DNA from: Coriobacteriales bacterium | GTDB taxonomy: Bacteria; Actinomycetota; Coriobacteriia; Coriobacteriales; UBA8131 | Assembly (NCBI GenBank): GCA_031282405.1 | Contig: JAITDU010000033.1 | Coordinates: forward strand, 5,857-69,856 | Direction of reading: 5' to 3' | DNA: 64,000 bases | Shown here: in pieces, positions 28,941 through 40,100 of the stretch | Layout of the letters: each line of letters begins with the position of its first letter | Position numbering within the stretch: position 1 is the stretch's first letter | Program-made: the position numbers and the translations under genes | Notes under the pieces: generated by a model | What the model was told of the DNA's origin: nothing | Database searches by the model: none | The model's input: only the letters and a program-made list of their open reading frames with translations

Positions 28941-29786
28941 TCACGATGGCATCACATCCAGAATCGACGGAGTGGTAAACAGCAATATCTGTTCGCTACC
29001 GGTTTGCAAGACATCATTAACCATATCTATGGCATAGCCATTGCCTATCGCAGATACCGAGACCATACCGGTTTGTTCCACGATGGGTTCGCCACCGTAA
29101 GGATAGAGTTCCAGACGAAGCCCCGGCACAATAATTGCGTAAGACATCGCCGGCATCTTCACAACTTGACCAACCAAACTGATGGTAACGTCGTCCAAAA
29201 AGACATAGACGCTTTGCCCGTCAAAGAGAAATCCTTCGTCCAGGCGGACCGCACGATTGTCTATCGTGGCCACAAAACCGTCCTTGTCCCTATAAAGCTC
29301 GGTATAATATCCCGTTCGATACGATACGGCACCCTGTGAAGGACGCATGATACTCATCATGGCAGGGACAAACATCCGCTCTTCTTCCTGCCAGTACAAA
29401 GGCGAAGTCGCCAACGAGCGTGGCTCGGTGAGTTGATAGACCGCGCCTTGGTTATGAAGGGTGAAGTTGACAAGGGCGCCCATCTCGGAACGAAATACCT
29501 TGCTCTCACCCTCCAGATTGGTCTTGATGCCGGTATCGTAGCGATAGATGGGGGCAGAGACGGTATAGGTGCCTATCTGCATGACCAGATAGATAACTAC
29601 GGCGATAAGAGCAACGAACAGCACAAGGAGCCCTACCGTAAAGCCAGGATGTGCCGGTTTGAATATCCGTTTACCCAGGCGCCTCAGACGCAACGCAAGA
29701 TCATTTCGAGAGTGCTTTGGCTCCTTGGTTTTTTGGGCATCGTTGGGGTACGCGCGATCAGTCACCTTTGGCACCCTCTTTCGCAT
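28941..29786 (-). CDS. N-terminally anchored membrane protein (~281 aa), function unknown
   Basis: The track ORF 28941..29891 is trimmed to the ATG at 29786 (MRKRVPKV...). GTG at 29765, preceded by AAGAGGG, is an alternative start. It has a basic cytoplasmic head, one TM (FTVGLLVLFVALIAVVIYLVMQI) and a ~200-aa ectodomain. It overlaps the end of the upstream 192-aa ORF. Confidence 0.6.
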   Translation of the reverse strand: MRKRVPKVTDRAYPNDAQKTKEPKHSRNDLALRLRRLGKRIFKPAHPGFTVGLLVLFVALIAVVIYLVMQIGTYTVSAPIYRYDTGIKTNLEGESKVFRSEMGALVNFTLHNQGAVYQLTEPRSLATSPLYWQEEERMFVPAMMSIMRPSQGAVSYRTGYYTELYRDKDGFVATIDNRAVRLDEGFLFDGQSVYVFLDDVTISLVGQVVKMPAMSYAIIVPGLRLELYPYGGEPIVEQTGMVSVSAIGNGYAIDMVNDVLQTGSEQILLFTTPSILDVMPS

Positions 29787-30336
29787 GCTCGGCCTGCGGC
29801 ACAAGATTCGTAGCCTGAACATTGACCTGCTTATATTCCAAAATATCGCAAGTATCCTTGAAGTAGAAATAGAGGGTATACATCGTAACAAACAGCGCCA
29901 ACAATACGCATACCGTCATGATCATTGCGTCGCCCGAGACATCCCAGTAATAACCAGAAACCAAATTCGAGACCACCATAGCTACAAAGATGGCCGCTGT
30001 GTTAATGGTGTCCATCAAAAAGCGCCGGACCTTGAACATTAAGATGTTGGCGAGCACATAAAGTGCGCCGTAAAAGCAGATATGATGTATCGTAAGTTCC
30101 ACCCAGAAGAACATGACAGAAGCCACAAACAAAACTTTGACGATGCCGACGGCCAGCCAGAGCTGTTCACGGGCTTTGAGGTTATAGAAGATGCCCAGAA
30201 ACTTAAGGCGTCGACGGGTCCAGGTGATGTTAGCGCTCAACAGCATACTGACCAGCAAAAACAACAGACCCAGGGGTACTGCCAAGATGACCAACCAGAA
30301 GAAATCCGCATATCCTTGGAGCATTAATTCAGACAT
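29758..30336 (-). CDS. Polytopic (about 5 TM) membrane protein, function unknown
   Basis: 192 aa, with five hydrophobic stretches. The ATG overlaps the stop of the 158-aa ORF by 8 nt. No a-subunit signature was recognisable by eye. Confidence 0.7.
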   Translation of the reverse strand: MSELMLQGYADFFWLVILAVPLGLLFLLVSMLLSANITWTRRRLKFLGIFYNLKAREQLWLAVGIVKVLFVASVMFFWVELTIHHICFYGALYVLANILMFKVRRFLMDTINTAAIFVAMVVSNLVSGYYWDVSGDAMIMTVCVLLALFVTMYTLYFYFKDTCDILEYKQVNVQATNLVPQAEHAKEGAKGD

Positions 30337-30805
30337 TGGTCACTACTCTTCCGGCATCCCGTTCGACTTTGGTCGCAGAGGCTATCGGTACACCGCTGAC
30401 GATGTCTGGGTTATCCCATGGGGTTTCATCGGTTGCATCGGTCGTTGTATTGACCTTTTCGCGTACGCTTCTTTCATCATCCTGCTTTGCGTGGCTATCC
30501 TTGAGTAACAGAAAAAATACGTTGCGGTCATGACAATAAAAGCCACGCACATTTTCCAGAGTATGAAAAAAGTCTTTTCCTATGAAGTCCACATCGCCAT
30601 CCAACTCGCCGATGATCGACATATAGTCCTCCATGATCAGCAAATTTGCCTGACGCGAGCGGATGCGAATGATGCTGATTTTGCTATATATTTGCAAACC
30701 ATTCTTGAAGCTAGAAACCTGAGCTTGGATGCGACCGCTGGAACGATTGGCAAACTCGCTCAGCTGCGCACTCAATACCACCTGTTCCTTTTCTTCTGTT
30801 GCCAT
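30329..30805 (-). CDS. Soluble 158-aa protein in the epsilon position of the ATPase module, function unknown
   Basis: The ATG is preceded by AGGAAG, 42 nt after the beta-like gene. There is no TM segment. I cannot recognise epsilon motifs by eye. Confidence 0.6.
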   Translation of the reverse strand: MATEEKEQVVLSAQLSEFANRSSGRIQAQVSSFKNGLQIYSKISIIRIRSRQANLLIMEDYMSIIGELDGDVDFIGKDFFHTLENVRGFYCHDRNVFFLLLKDSHAKQDDERSVREKVNTTTDATDETPWDNPDIVSGVPIASATKVERDAGRVVTNV

Positions 30806-30847
30806 GCTTCCTGCTTCCTACAATCTGGGCTTTTCTGCTGATCTGCA

Positions 30848-32988
<2,141 letters not shown>

Positions 32989-32993
32989 GGCCT

Positions 32994-34310
32994 CTACTCC
33001 TCGGACTCTTCAAAACGAGTCTTGATCTCGCTTGGCGAGAGGGGCGAATATTTGTACTGGCTCATCTTGCCCAATAACTGGCGCCCCCGGATAATCCGAG
33101 AACGCATCTCCTCGTTCATCTCATCAATATTGGCCAGTTCAAAGACTTCTCGGGTTTCGAGAAAGCTTAAAAGCTCGCGTCTGACCTCCGCACCCAATTG
33201 ACGCAGCACATCGGTTTGCACAACACCGCCCAGACGCGAGACCGAAAGACCAAAGTTTACGGCCGGTTTTTGGCCTTGTTCAAATGCCTTGGCGCTCAGT
33301 ACAATCTGGCCGTCGGTGATGGAGATGATGTTCGTGGTGATGTAATCGGTAATATCGCCGCCGCGGGTCTCAACGATTGGCAAAATGGTAATGGAACCGC
33401 CGTTATGATACTGGCACCCCTGCTCCAAAAGACTGGCATGGGCAAAGAAGATATCCGGAGGATAGGCATCGCGGCCCGGTACTTTATCGGCCAGGAGGCT
33501 GATTTCGCGATAGATATTGGCATGCAGGGTAAGGTCGTCTATTACGACCAGCACGTCTTTGCCTTCTTGCATAAAGCGGTTAGCTATCGTCAAAGCAACA
33601 TCCGGAGTCCGATATAAAGCCGGCGCGCCGTCATCTTGAAAAGCTACCAGAATAAGCGTGTAGGGCATGGCTCCACGCTGCAAAAGTTCGCTGTATATCT
33701 CTTTGACGCCCTTTTTGGTCTTGCCCAAAGCCACATAGATGCAGATGGTGTCAGAATCACGTTGGTTGACGATGGTATCCAGTCCAATTTGGGTCTTGCC
33801 GGTTTTCTTGTCGCCTAAAATAAGCTGACGCTGGCCACAACCAATCGGATAGAGTAAATCGATGGCGGCCAGGCCGGTATACAGAGGCCGAGAAACCGCG
33901 CTGCGGTCCATAATCGGAATGGGTTGTACCACGGCACTGATGGGTTCTCGATCCTTGAATACCGAACCAACCAGCTTGTCTTCAGCGAACATGTCTACGA
34001 CATGGCCAAGAGAACTTGGAGAGAAGTAAGCTCCAAACGGCTGTTTGGTAGCGGTAATCTCGTCGCCAACATGGATAGGCTCTATTACGCGCACCAACTC
34101 GACAGTCACGTGGTTGCGGCCAATGCGACTCACATACCCCTCGGCCTTATCCCCTACAATGACCCGCTCAAAAAAGCCAACACCCTCCAGACCGCTGACT
34201 TCGATAATGTAATTGCGGATACGAGCGACACGACCCATACTATAAACATTGTCCGCAGTCTTGATAGCCGCTATTTTGTCCTTGATTGAATCGCTTAGTT
34301 GATTATTCAT
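32994..34310 (-). CDS. F1 ATPase alpha-subunit-like protein (438 aa, short C-terminal domain)
   Basis: P-loop LILGDKKTGKTQ. DDLTLHANIYREISLLADKVPGRDAYPPDIFFAHASLLEQG. GGDITDYITTNIISITDGQIVL. KPAVNFGLSVSRLGG, so the Arg-finger context SVSR is retained. The ATG overlaps the b-like stop (ATGA). Confidence 0.9.
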   Translation of the reverse strand: MNNQLSDSIKDKIAAIKTADNVYSMGRVARIRNYIIEVSGLEGVGFFERVIVGDKAEGYVSRIGRNHVTVELVRVIEPIHVGDEITATKQPFGAYFSPSSLGHVVDMFAEDKLVGSVFKDREPISAVVQPIPIMDRSAVSRPLYTGLAAIDLLYPIGCGQRQLILGDKKTGKTQIGLDTIVNQRDSDTICIYVALGKTKKGVKEIYSELLQRGAMPYTLILVAFQDDGAPALYRTPDVALTIANRFMQEGKDVLVVIDDLTLHANIYREISLLADKVPGRDAYPPDIFFAHASLLEQGCQYHNGGSITILPIVETRGGDITDYITTNIISITDGQIVLSAKAFEQGQKPAVNFGLSVSRLGGVVQTDVLRQLGAEVRRELLSFLETREVFELANIDEMNEEMRSRIIRGRQLLGKMSQYKYSPLSPSEIKTRFEESEE

Positions 34311-35074
34311 CCAATAATCTCCCGGTTCCTGATAGAATAGTCGAACTTCCTGCCCTTGGAGAGCACATAGATACCTTCGCAGATACTATCGTCGCGTAGC
34401 GTGGTGATACGCTCGTCAAGATAGTCAAAACTCTTGTCTTCAGAGGCGGTACATACCGTCACCTGATCAGCGTTAAGAAACACGTAGTCCTTAAGCCAAA
34501 ACAGAAATTGATAACTTTGGAACTCATCAGTGGTGTCTTGGTACGTGCGCAACAACTGTACCTGCTCAGGTTTGAACATCTCTTCCAGGATGTCGAGTTG
34601 AACCTGAGAAGAAAGGGTGGAAAGCTCATAGGCGCTGTCCAAGGTGAGTTCGCTGAGGATACTGTGGGCGGCCCGAGCGCTGTCGCCGTTGCCGGTAGGC
34701 ATCTTGGCTAATGATTCCTGAACGCAGGCTGCCTCATCTCGCTGGAAGTTGTCGCGGATTATCTGATAGGCGCTGGCAAAATAGTCGCTGGCATAAGGTC
34801 CCTGGTGGATCTCAAGATAATCAGGAGCAGGCTTGTCCAGTGCCCTGTCTGCATCATTGACCATAAGCTGCGATTCCTGAGAAGCCGCGATTTGGGCGTT
34901 CAGTGTTGTTAATTGCTCTTGCTTCCTGCGAATCAGATTGTCAAAAACGCCGGCCTGTCTGAGCACATTCATCTGGGCAAACTTGCCTAAGCGCACAGTG
35001 ATGCCACGCACTATCAAAAAGAAGAAGGCGTTCATTGCCACCAATACAACTATGACCGCGATAAAGAACTCCAC
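34307..35074 (-). CDS. Single-TM plus coiled-coil protein in the b/delta position (255 aa); putative peripheral-stalk analogue
   Basis: N-terminal TM MEFFIAVIVVLVAMNAFFFLIV, then a helical heptad-like stretch (LRQAGVFDNLIRRKQEQLTTLNAQIAASQESQ) and a ~150-aa C-terminal domain. GTG start (cac 35072-35074) preceded by GAGGT, 10 nt after the c-like stop. Confidence 0.6.
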   Translation of the reverse strand: MEFFIAVIVVLVAMNAFFFLIVRGITVRLGKFAQMNVLRQAGVFDNLIRRKQEQLTTLNAQIAASQESQLMVNDADRALDKPAPDYLEIHQGPYASDYFASAYQIIRDNFQRDEAACVQESLAKMPTGNGDSARAAHSILSELTLDSAYELSTLSSQVQLDILEEMFKPEQVQLLRTYQDTTDEFQSYQFLFWLKDYVFLNADQVTVCTASEDKSFDYLDERITTLRDDSICEGIYVLSKGRKFDYSIRNREIIG

Positions 35075-35084
35075 GTCTACCTCA

Positions 35085-35381
<297 letters not shown>

Positions 35382-35457
35382 TTAGATACTCCAGGCGACT
35401 TTAGGGCGACACACCAAACCTTGGCGACTGCTAGCCCCAGACGCTGGAATTGACTTG

Positions 35458-35493
35458 AATAATAGCTAATATAATAGTAAATTAGCTATTATT
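35458..35493 (-). promoter_or_regulatory. Perfect 13-bp AT-rich inverted repeat with a 10-nt spacer, overlapping the stop of the 555-aa gene and upstream of the c-like gene
   Basis: AATAATAGCTAAT (35458-35470), ataatagtaa, ATTAGCTATTATT (35481-35493). The spacer and arms contain TATAAT-like hexamers. It could be an operator/promoter or an RNA hairpin. Confidence 0.5.
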
Positions 35494-37156
35494 CACGGCT
35501 CCCCGGATTGACTGCTTCGCTGCCGCTACTGGTACTCGTAGATCTGTCGGGAGCAGCAGGAGGAGCTGGCGCAGAGGCATCTGCCTCAGGGGTAGAATTG
35601 CTGTTGGTGTTTGTATTTTGCGGACTGACCGGCGGCACAAAGTCGCTGGGAATCTCCACATTAAAAGTCCTGGCCACATTAAAGGTCGTGCCCTCAGCAG
35701 CATACACTCCGCTTTGCAAGGATACCAACCTTCCCTGATAGTAGGTATGTTCTAACTTGATAGAGAAGTTGCTGTACAGGTCGCGGATGACACCCGGGTC
35801 AAAATTGATCTGTGAACTCCATCCGCCCGACTGAATGGCAGCCGCAATATCGATGGGCATCTCCCCAACTTTATGATCGCCACTGCCGTCCTTGCCATAG
35901 AGAACAGCCATGGGCTGACTTGTCAAAGCGCTACCGGGATTGTTCTGGTCCAACACATAATTGGAATCCAGTTTGAGCGTAAAATGCACAGAGTCCAGAG
36001 CGACCCGTGTAACGTTGACGTTGTAGTTAATGGCCGGCGTGGTAACTTTGATGATGTCCACAATCGTATCGCGACCGGTCTCATAGTCTTTGCAACCCAA
36101 GGCCACGGTGTACATGGTGCCGGGATTGATGTCGTATATGGTTGTCTTGTACTGCTCGATATTCAACTCATTACGCATGCTCGGCAGGGGTGAACCACTA
36201 CTGGTATCCGAGACCGTAGGAGTGGTTATCAAGAACACTGAGCCCAGCAGCATAGCCGGATCCATGACAGCATAATCCACGTCCAGGGCATTGACGCGTG
36301 GTTCTACGCCCATCAGACTGAGCGCACTGCGCATCTTAAAGTTGTAGCCGCCGCCACCGGCCCCGCCAACACCACCCGTGCCGCCACTGCCGCCGCTGCC
36401 GCCATTGCCGCCATTGCCGGCCTGGATGACGATCTCGGAGGGATTATCACCAATTTTATTTCCGTTGGCGTCAGTGTTGCCGTAAAGCGAGGAGGAGCCG
36501 GATATCTTAGTAAGATCAAGGGTGAGCCCGTTTTCCAGCTTTAAGGATTCTCTGTTGACATCGAATACCACAGAATTGCACGACAGAGTAACCTGGTCGA
36601 GAATTTTGGTATTGTACTTATCATTGAGCACGGTTACATTACCCAGTTTATCCAAGACGACATAGAGAAAATTCGATGCCGAGATAAGGCCGGTCTGATC
36701 GGTGATACGAGGACCGGCAAACAGATAATGACGGTCTGCCAGCTTATAGAAAGACGCGCTTTCGATATGTGTAACGCTGGTCTGCTGGTTCATCTGGCGC
36801 ACCGATCCATCGTTGAATACCTGGTACATACGATGTCCTCGGGAACCGAACATGTTAACCTCGGTGCTATTGGCATTGTAGGCTACCGGGTTGTAACCCA
36901 AGGGCAGCATCTCCTCAGAATCGCCCGGCTTGAGATAATAATCCGAACCATTGCGCAGTTCGATAGTGCTCTCCTGCACCGTTATGATAGGCTGATCGTT
37001 GCTGTCGTAAACGATTGATGCCGCCGGTACAGGATAAGAGCCAACACTGGAGGCATAGACAGAAGCAGCATTGAACACAAACATACCGGCTATCAGCACT
37101 ATCACAAGGCCAAAGATACCGGCCGATGTGAGAACTTTCCTACTGAGCTTTCTCAT
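35489..37156 (-). CDS. N-terminally anchored 555-aa surface protein with a Gly-triplet tract and FN3/Ig-like domains
   Basis: ATG preceded by GGAAGGGA. TM/signal GIFGLVIVLIAGMFVFNAASVYA. GNGGNGGSGGSGGTGGVGGAGGGG at residues 247-270. It also has INPGTMYTVALGC strand motifs and a low-complexity Pro/Ser/Thr/Asn tail. Confidence 0.8.
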   Translation of the reverse strand: MRKLSRKVLTSAGIFGLVIVLIAGMFVFNAASVYASSVGSYPVPAASIVYDSNDQPIITVQESTIELRNGSDYYLKPGDSEEMLPLGYNPVAYNANSTEVNMFGSRGHRMYQVFNDGSVRQMNQQTSVTHIESASFYKLADRHYLFAGPRITDQTGLISASNFLYVVLDKLGNVTVLNDKYNTKILDQVTLSCNSVVFDVNRESLKLENGLTLDLTKISGSSSLYGNTDANGNKIGDNPSEIVIQAGNGGNGGSGGSGGTGGVGGAGGGGYNFKMRSALSLMGVEPRVNALDVDYAVMDPAMLLGSVFLITTPTVSDTSSGSPLPSMRNELNIEQYKTTIYDINPGTMYTVALGCKDYETGRDTIVDIIKVTTPAINYNVNVTRVALDSVHFTLKLDSNYVLDQNNPGSALTSQPMAVLYGKDGSGDHKVGEMPIDIAAAIQSGGWSSQINFDPGVIRDLYSNFSIKLEHTYYQGRLVSLQSGVYAAEGTTFNVARTFNVEIPSDFVPPVSPQNTNTNSNSTPEADASAPAPPAAPDRSTSTSSGSEAVNPGSRE

Positions 37157-37188
37157 GAAATCATCCCTTCCTATTCTTCGCTATTTAA

Positions 37189-40100
37189 CTATTTAATTAC
37201 CATAATAGTGCCACTGCAACCCGTGCCGGGCAGTACGTTATATGATGAATCCAGCAGCCGGTATTCAATGAAGTACTTACCGCTGAGCGTAATCTGTGAT
37301 CCAGGTAGATCGAAGGTCTTATAGGCGGCGGCACCGCTGCCCACCTCGACAGGATTAAAGGCGGTCGTGCGCGTGGAAAGCACCGTTCCATTCGTAATGG
37401 AAGTTATGGAATACTGGATGTAGGGTGCTGTTCCGTTATTGAGATTGATGCTGTTGTCAAAGGTAAGTTGGGTGGTGCCATTGGTGAGAATACGCGCATT
37501 GATATCGCCGGCCGAGACCGTGTTGGCATCAACCGCGATAACATTGACGGCCCGCTGCAAGAAGCTGGGTAGCGCTGGATCATCAACATTATTGGGCATG
37601 ACCAATGCGGGGGGCGTTGGGAAGACATTTTGGAGATTGACACCCGCATAGACCGATACGTTATACACACTGTTGGGCACAATATTTGAAGCCTCAATAT
37701 AGGTGCCGACTGCGGGTGTTGTCTGTTTGAGCGAAAAGTCCGTTGGCAGCGTGCTGTTTTGCTGTACGACTCCAAGATAGTAGTTGGAGTTTATTATCGT
37801 CCAATCCGGGTCGTTGACAGCAACCGTTATCGCAATTTCAGAGCGGGGATCAGGCGTTGCGTCTTTGTTCCACGACGGAGTGGCAGTAACGATAAAGGTG
37901 GGTTCTACCAAGGTGCGCAGGGTAAAATTCACCGGTCCCAAAGAACCCAACTGGGTGCTACCGGTGTTTGACACCGCATTGATGGTGACCGTGTAATTAT
38001 GAGAAGGTACAAAAAAGTCATGGTAGCTTCCGGATTGTCCTCCGATGGGGATGTTGTCCTCCATATTGAGGGTGTAGTACCCGGCCGGACTGTTGATAAC
38101 AAGTGTCTGGCCACCATTGGTGTTATCCACAAATGTGTACGCTATCTTAAATCCGCGCGTACTGGAAAGCGAGTACTTAAGCTGCAGGAACTTATTGGAA
38201 TAGCTCTGTGCCCAAAAATCTGCCGAGAAAGCCAGGGCGTTATCACCACCAATGATGATATTGGCGACTGTGGTAAATGTGTATTCACGACCGGCTGCTT
38301 TTTGAGCGGTATCATAAAAATAGTATGCCTGAGTATTGGGCAGCGCCGGTGTTACCGAAGCGTCCAAGGCCGTAGTAAAGTGACCATAGACTTGGAACTT
38401 ATAGGTGCTATTTGGCTCCAGGCCGGTAAAGGTAAAGCTGTTGGTACTTTGATCATCGGCAGGAAAACCGCCACCCCAGTCATCGCTAACCAGTACGTCT
38501 GGATTGCCGGGACTGCCCGCCTTATAGAGTTTGATGTGATAGTTTTGGGGAGTGTCCAGCACACCGGCTGCGCCTTCCAGGTAGAAATTGATGTCGGCAC
38601 CATCGGCTGTGGCCGAAGCGCTGTAGCTACTGATCTGAGGGATAATAGACGGCATAGTGCTCGCCATACTCTCGCGTGTAGTCACAAGCAGTTCTTTGGC
38701 GGTGATGTAGTTGTTGGTGTCGGCGATCCGCGAACCCAAAGAAGTAAAGTCCAAAGCCAAATCGCCATGGAACGCCGGGCGAATGATGCTCTCGTAGTTG
38801 AGCTTACCGTTATAGGGCATACCAATATCCAGAGTCAGAATACCACTGGAATTGCCACCGGTTGAGTCGGCCTGCAAAAAATAAGCGCCGCCAGAAGCTA
38901 CAGAAGAAGCGGCAAAGCTGCCAACAACACTGCCGGGTGTCTGATAGGTGCCCGCGGCAGAGGCATTGGGGCCTTGGCTTTGCAGGGCAAAACCACCCTC
39001 TGTGGCCGTACTCAGAATATCAAAACCGCTTTTGCCCGAGTCGAAAAGAACCTGTGTAGAAACTTCAATGTTCTCGCCGGCTACAAAATTATGCGCACTG
39101 AGAGTCGCCATGGGAATCTCGACAGATGCGTATTGGGTGACCGAATCATTCGGATCAGGTGTATCCAATTTGATATCGAGTAATCCTGCCCAGGCCGTAG
39201 CCTGAGAATTAATGTTCGTAGGCTCAACACTTACCCAGATACCGGCAACGCTGCCCATCTCGGTACCAGACATCTGTTGATATGCCACAAACAGCGAATT
39301 GCGGGCTGGGTTTGAATACAACGTGGCACCGCCATACTGGGACTCGACATCTGCAACCGTAAGGAGACTACGATGGTATTGATTGAGCAAGGTCTGCTCG
39401 TAGCGGGACGGATCCGCCCCAATATCGGTGTATTGATAGAGCTTTTGGTAATACTTGAGAGTAAAGGTGGTGTTGGCATAAAGCGGCGATATGATGAGCG
39501 GTTGGTAATCGAGCCCCGTAGCGTTTGGGGTCACGGTCAGATCAGCGGTATATGGACTGCCGGCACCAGAAGGTGGATTGTTCAACCGTACTTGACCAGC
39601 GGCAAGCGGATCTCCGTTGGAGTCGACAAACACACCATCATCCAAAACATTGAGACGGTAGTTCCAGATCTCCTGGCTCGTATCGCTGGTGGCCGGATAG
39701 AATTTGAACTGTGGAATCTGACGTGGCGCGCTCAATCGTTTGGAGGTGAGCTGGACGCCCGAGTAGTTCGTGGACGTACCATCGCTGTAATCATTGGGAT
39801 ATATGTAAGAAACACCACTGTTGGGATCGGCCAGCTTGGACAGGTCTGCTGTATACGTAAAATAGTAGTGATAACCACGGCCATCATCTTCGGAATCATA
39901 ACCGGCAATCTGATTTTGTCCCACATCAGTTCCAGAGCCGATGCTCGCCAGATAGACCGTATAGGCGGCGGAATTGTTGTTTTGCATATCGCCGTTTTGG
40001 TTACCGCTGGGTAAAACGTTGGTACCTTGACCAAAACCCACATTAAGCAGGGGCGCCTGATACACATTGCCATTCTTATAGACCGGTAGCTTAACATCAA

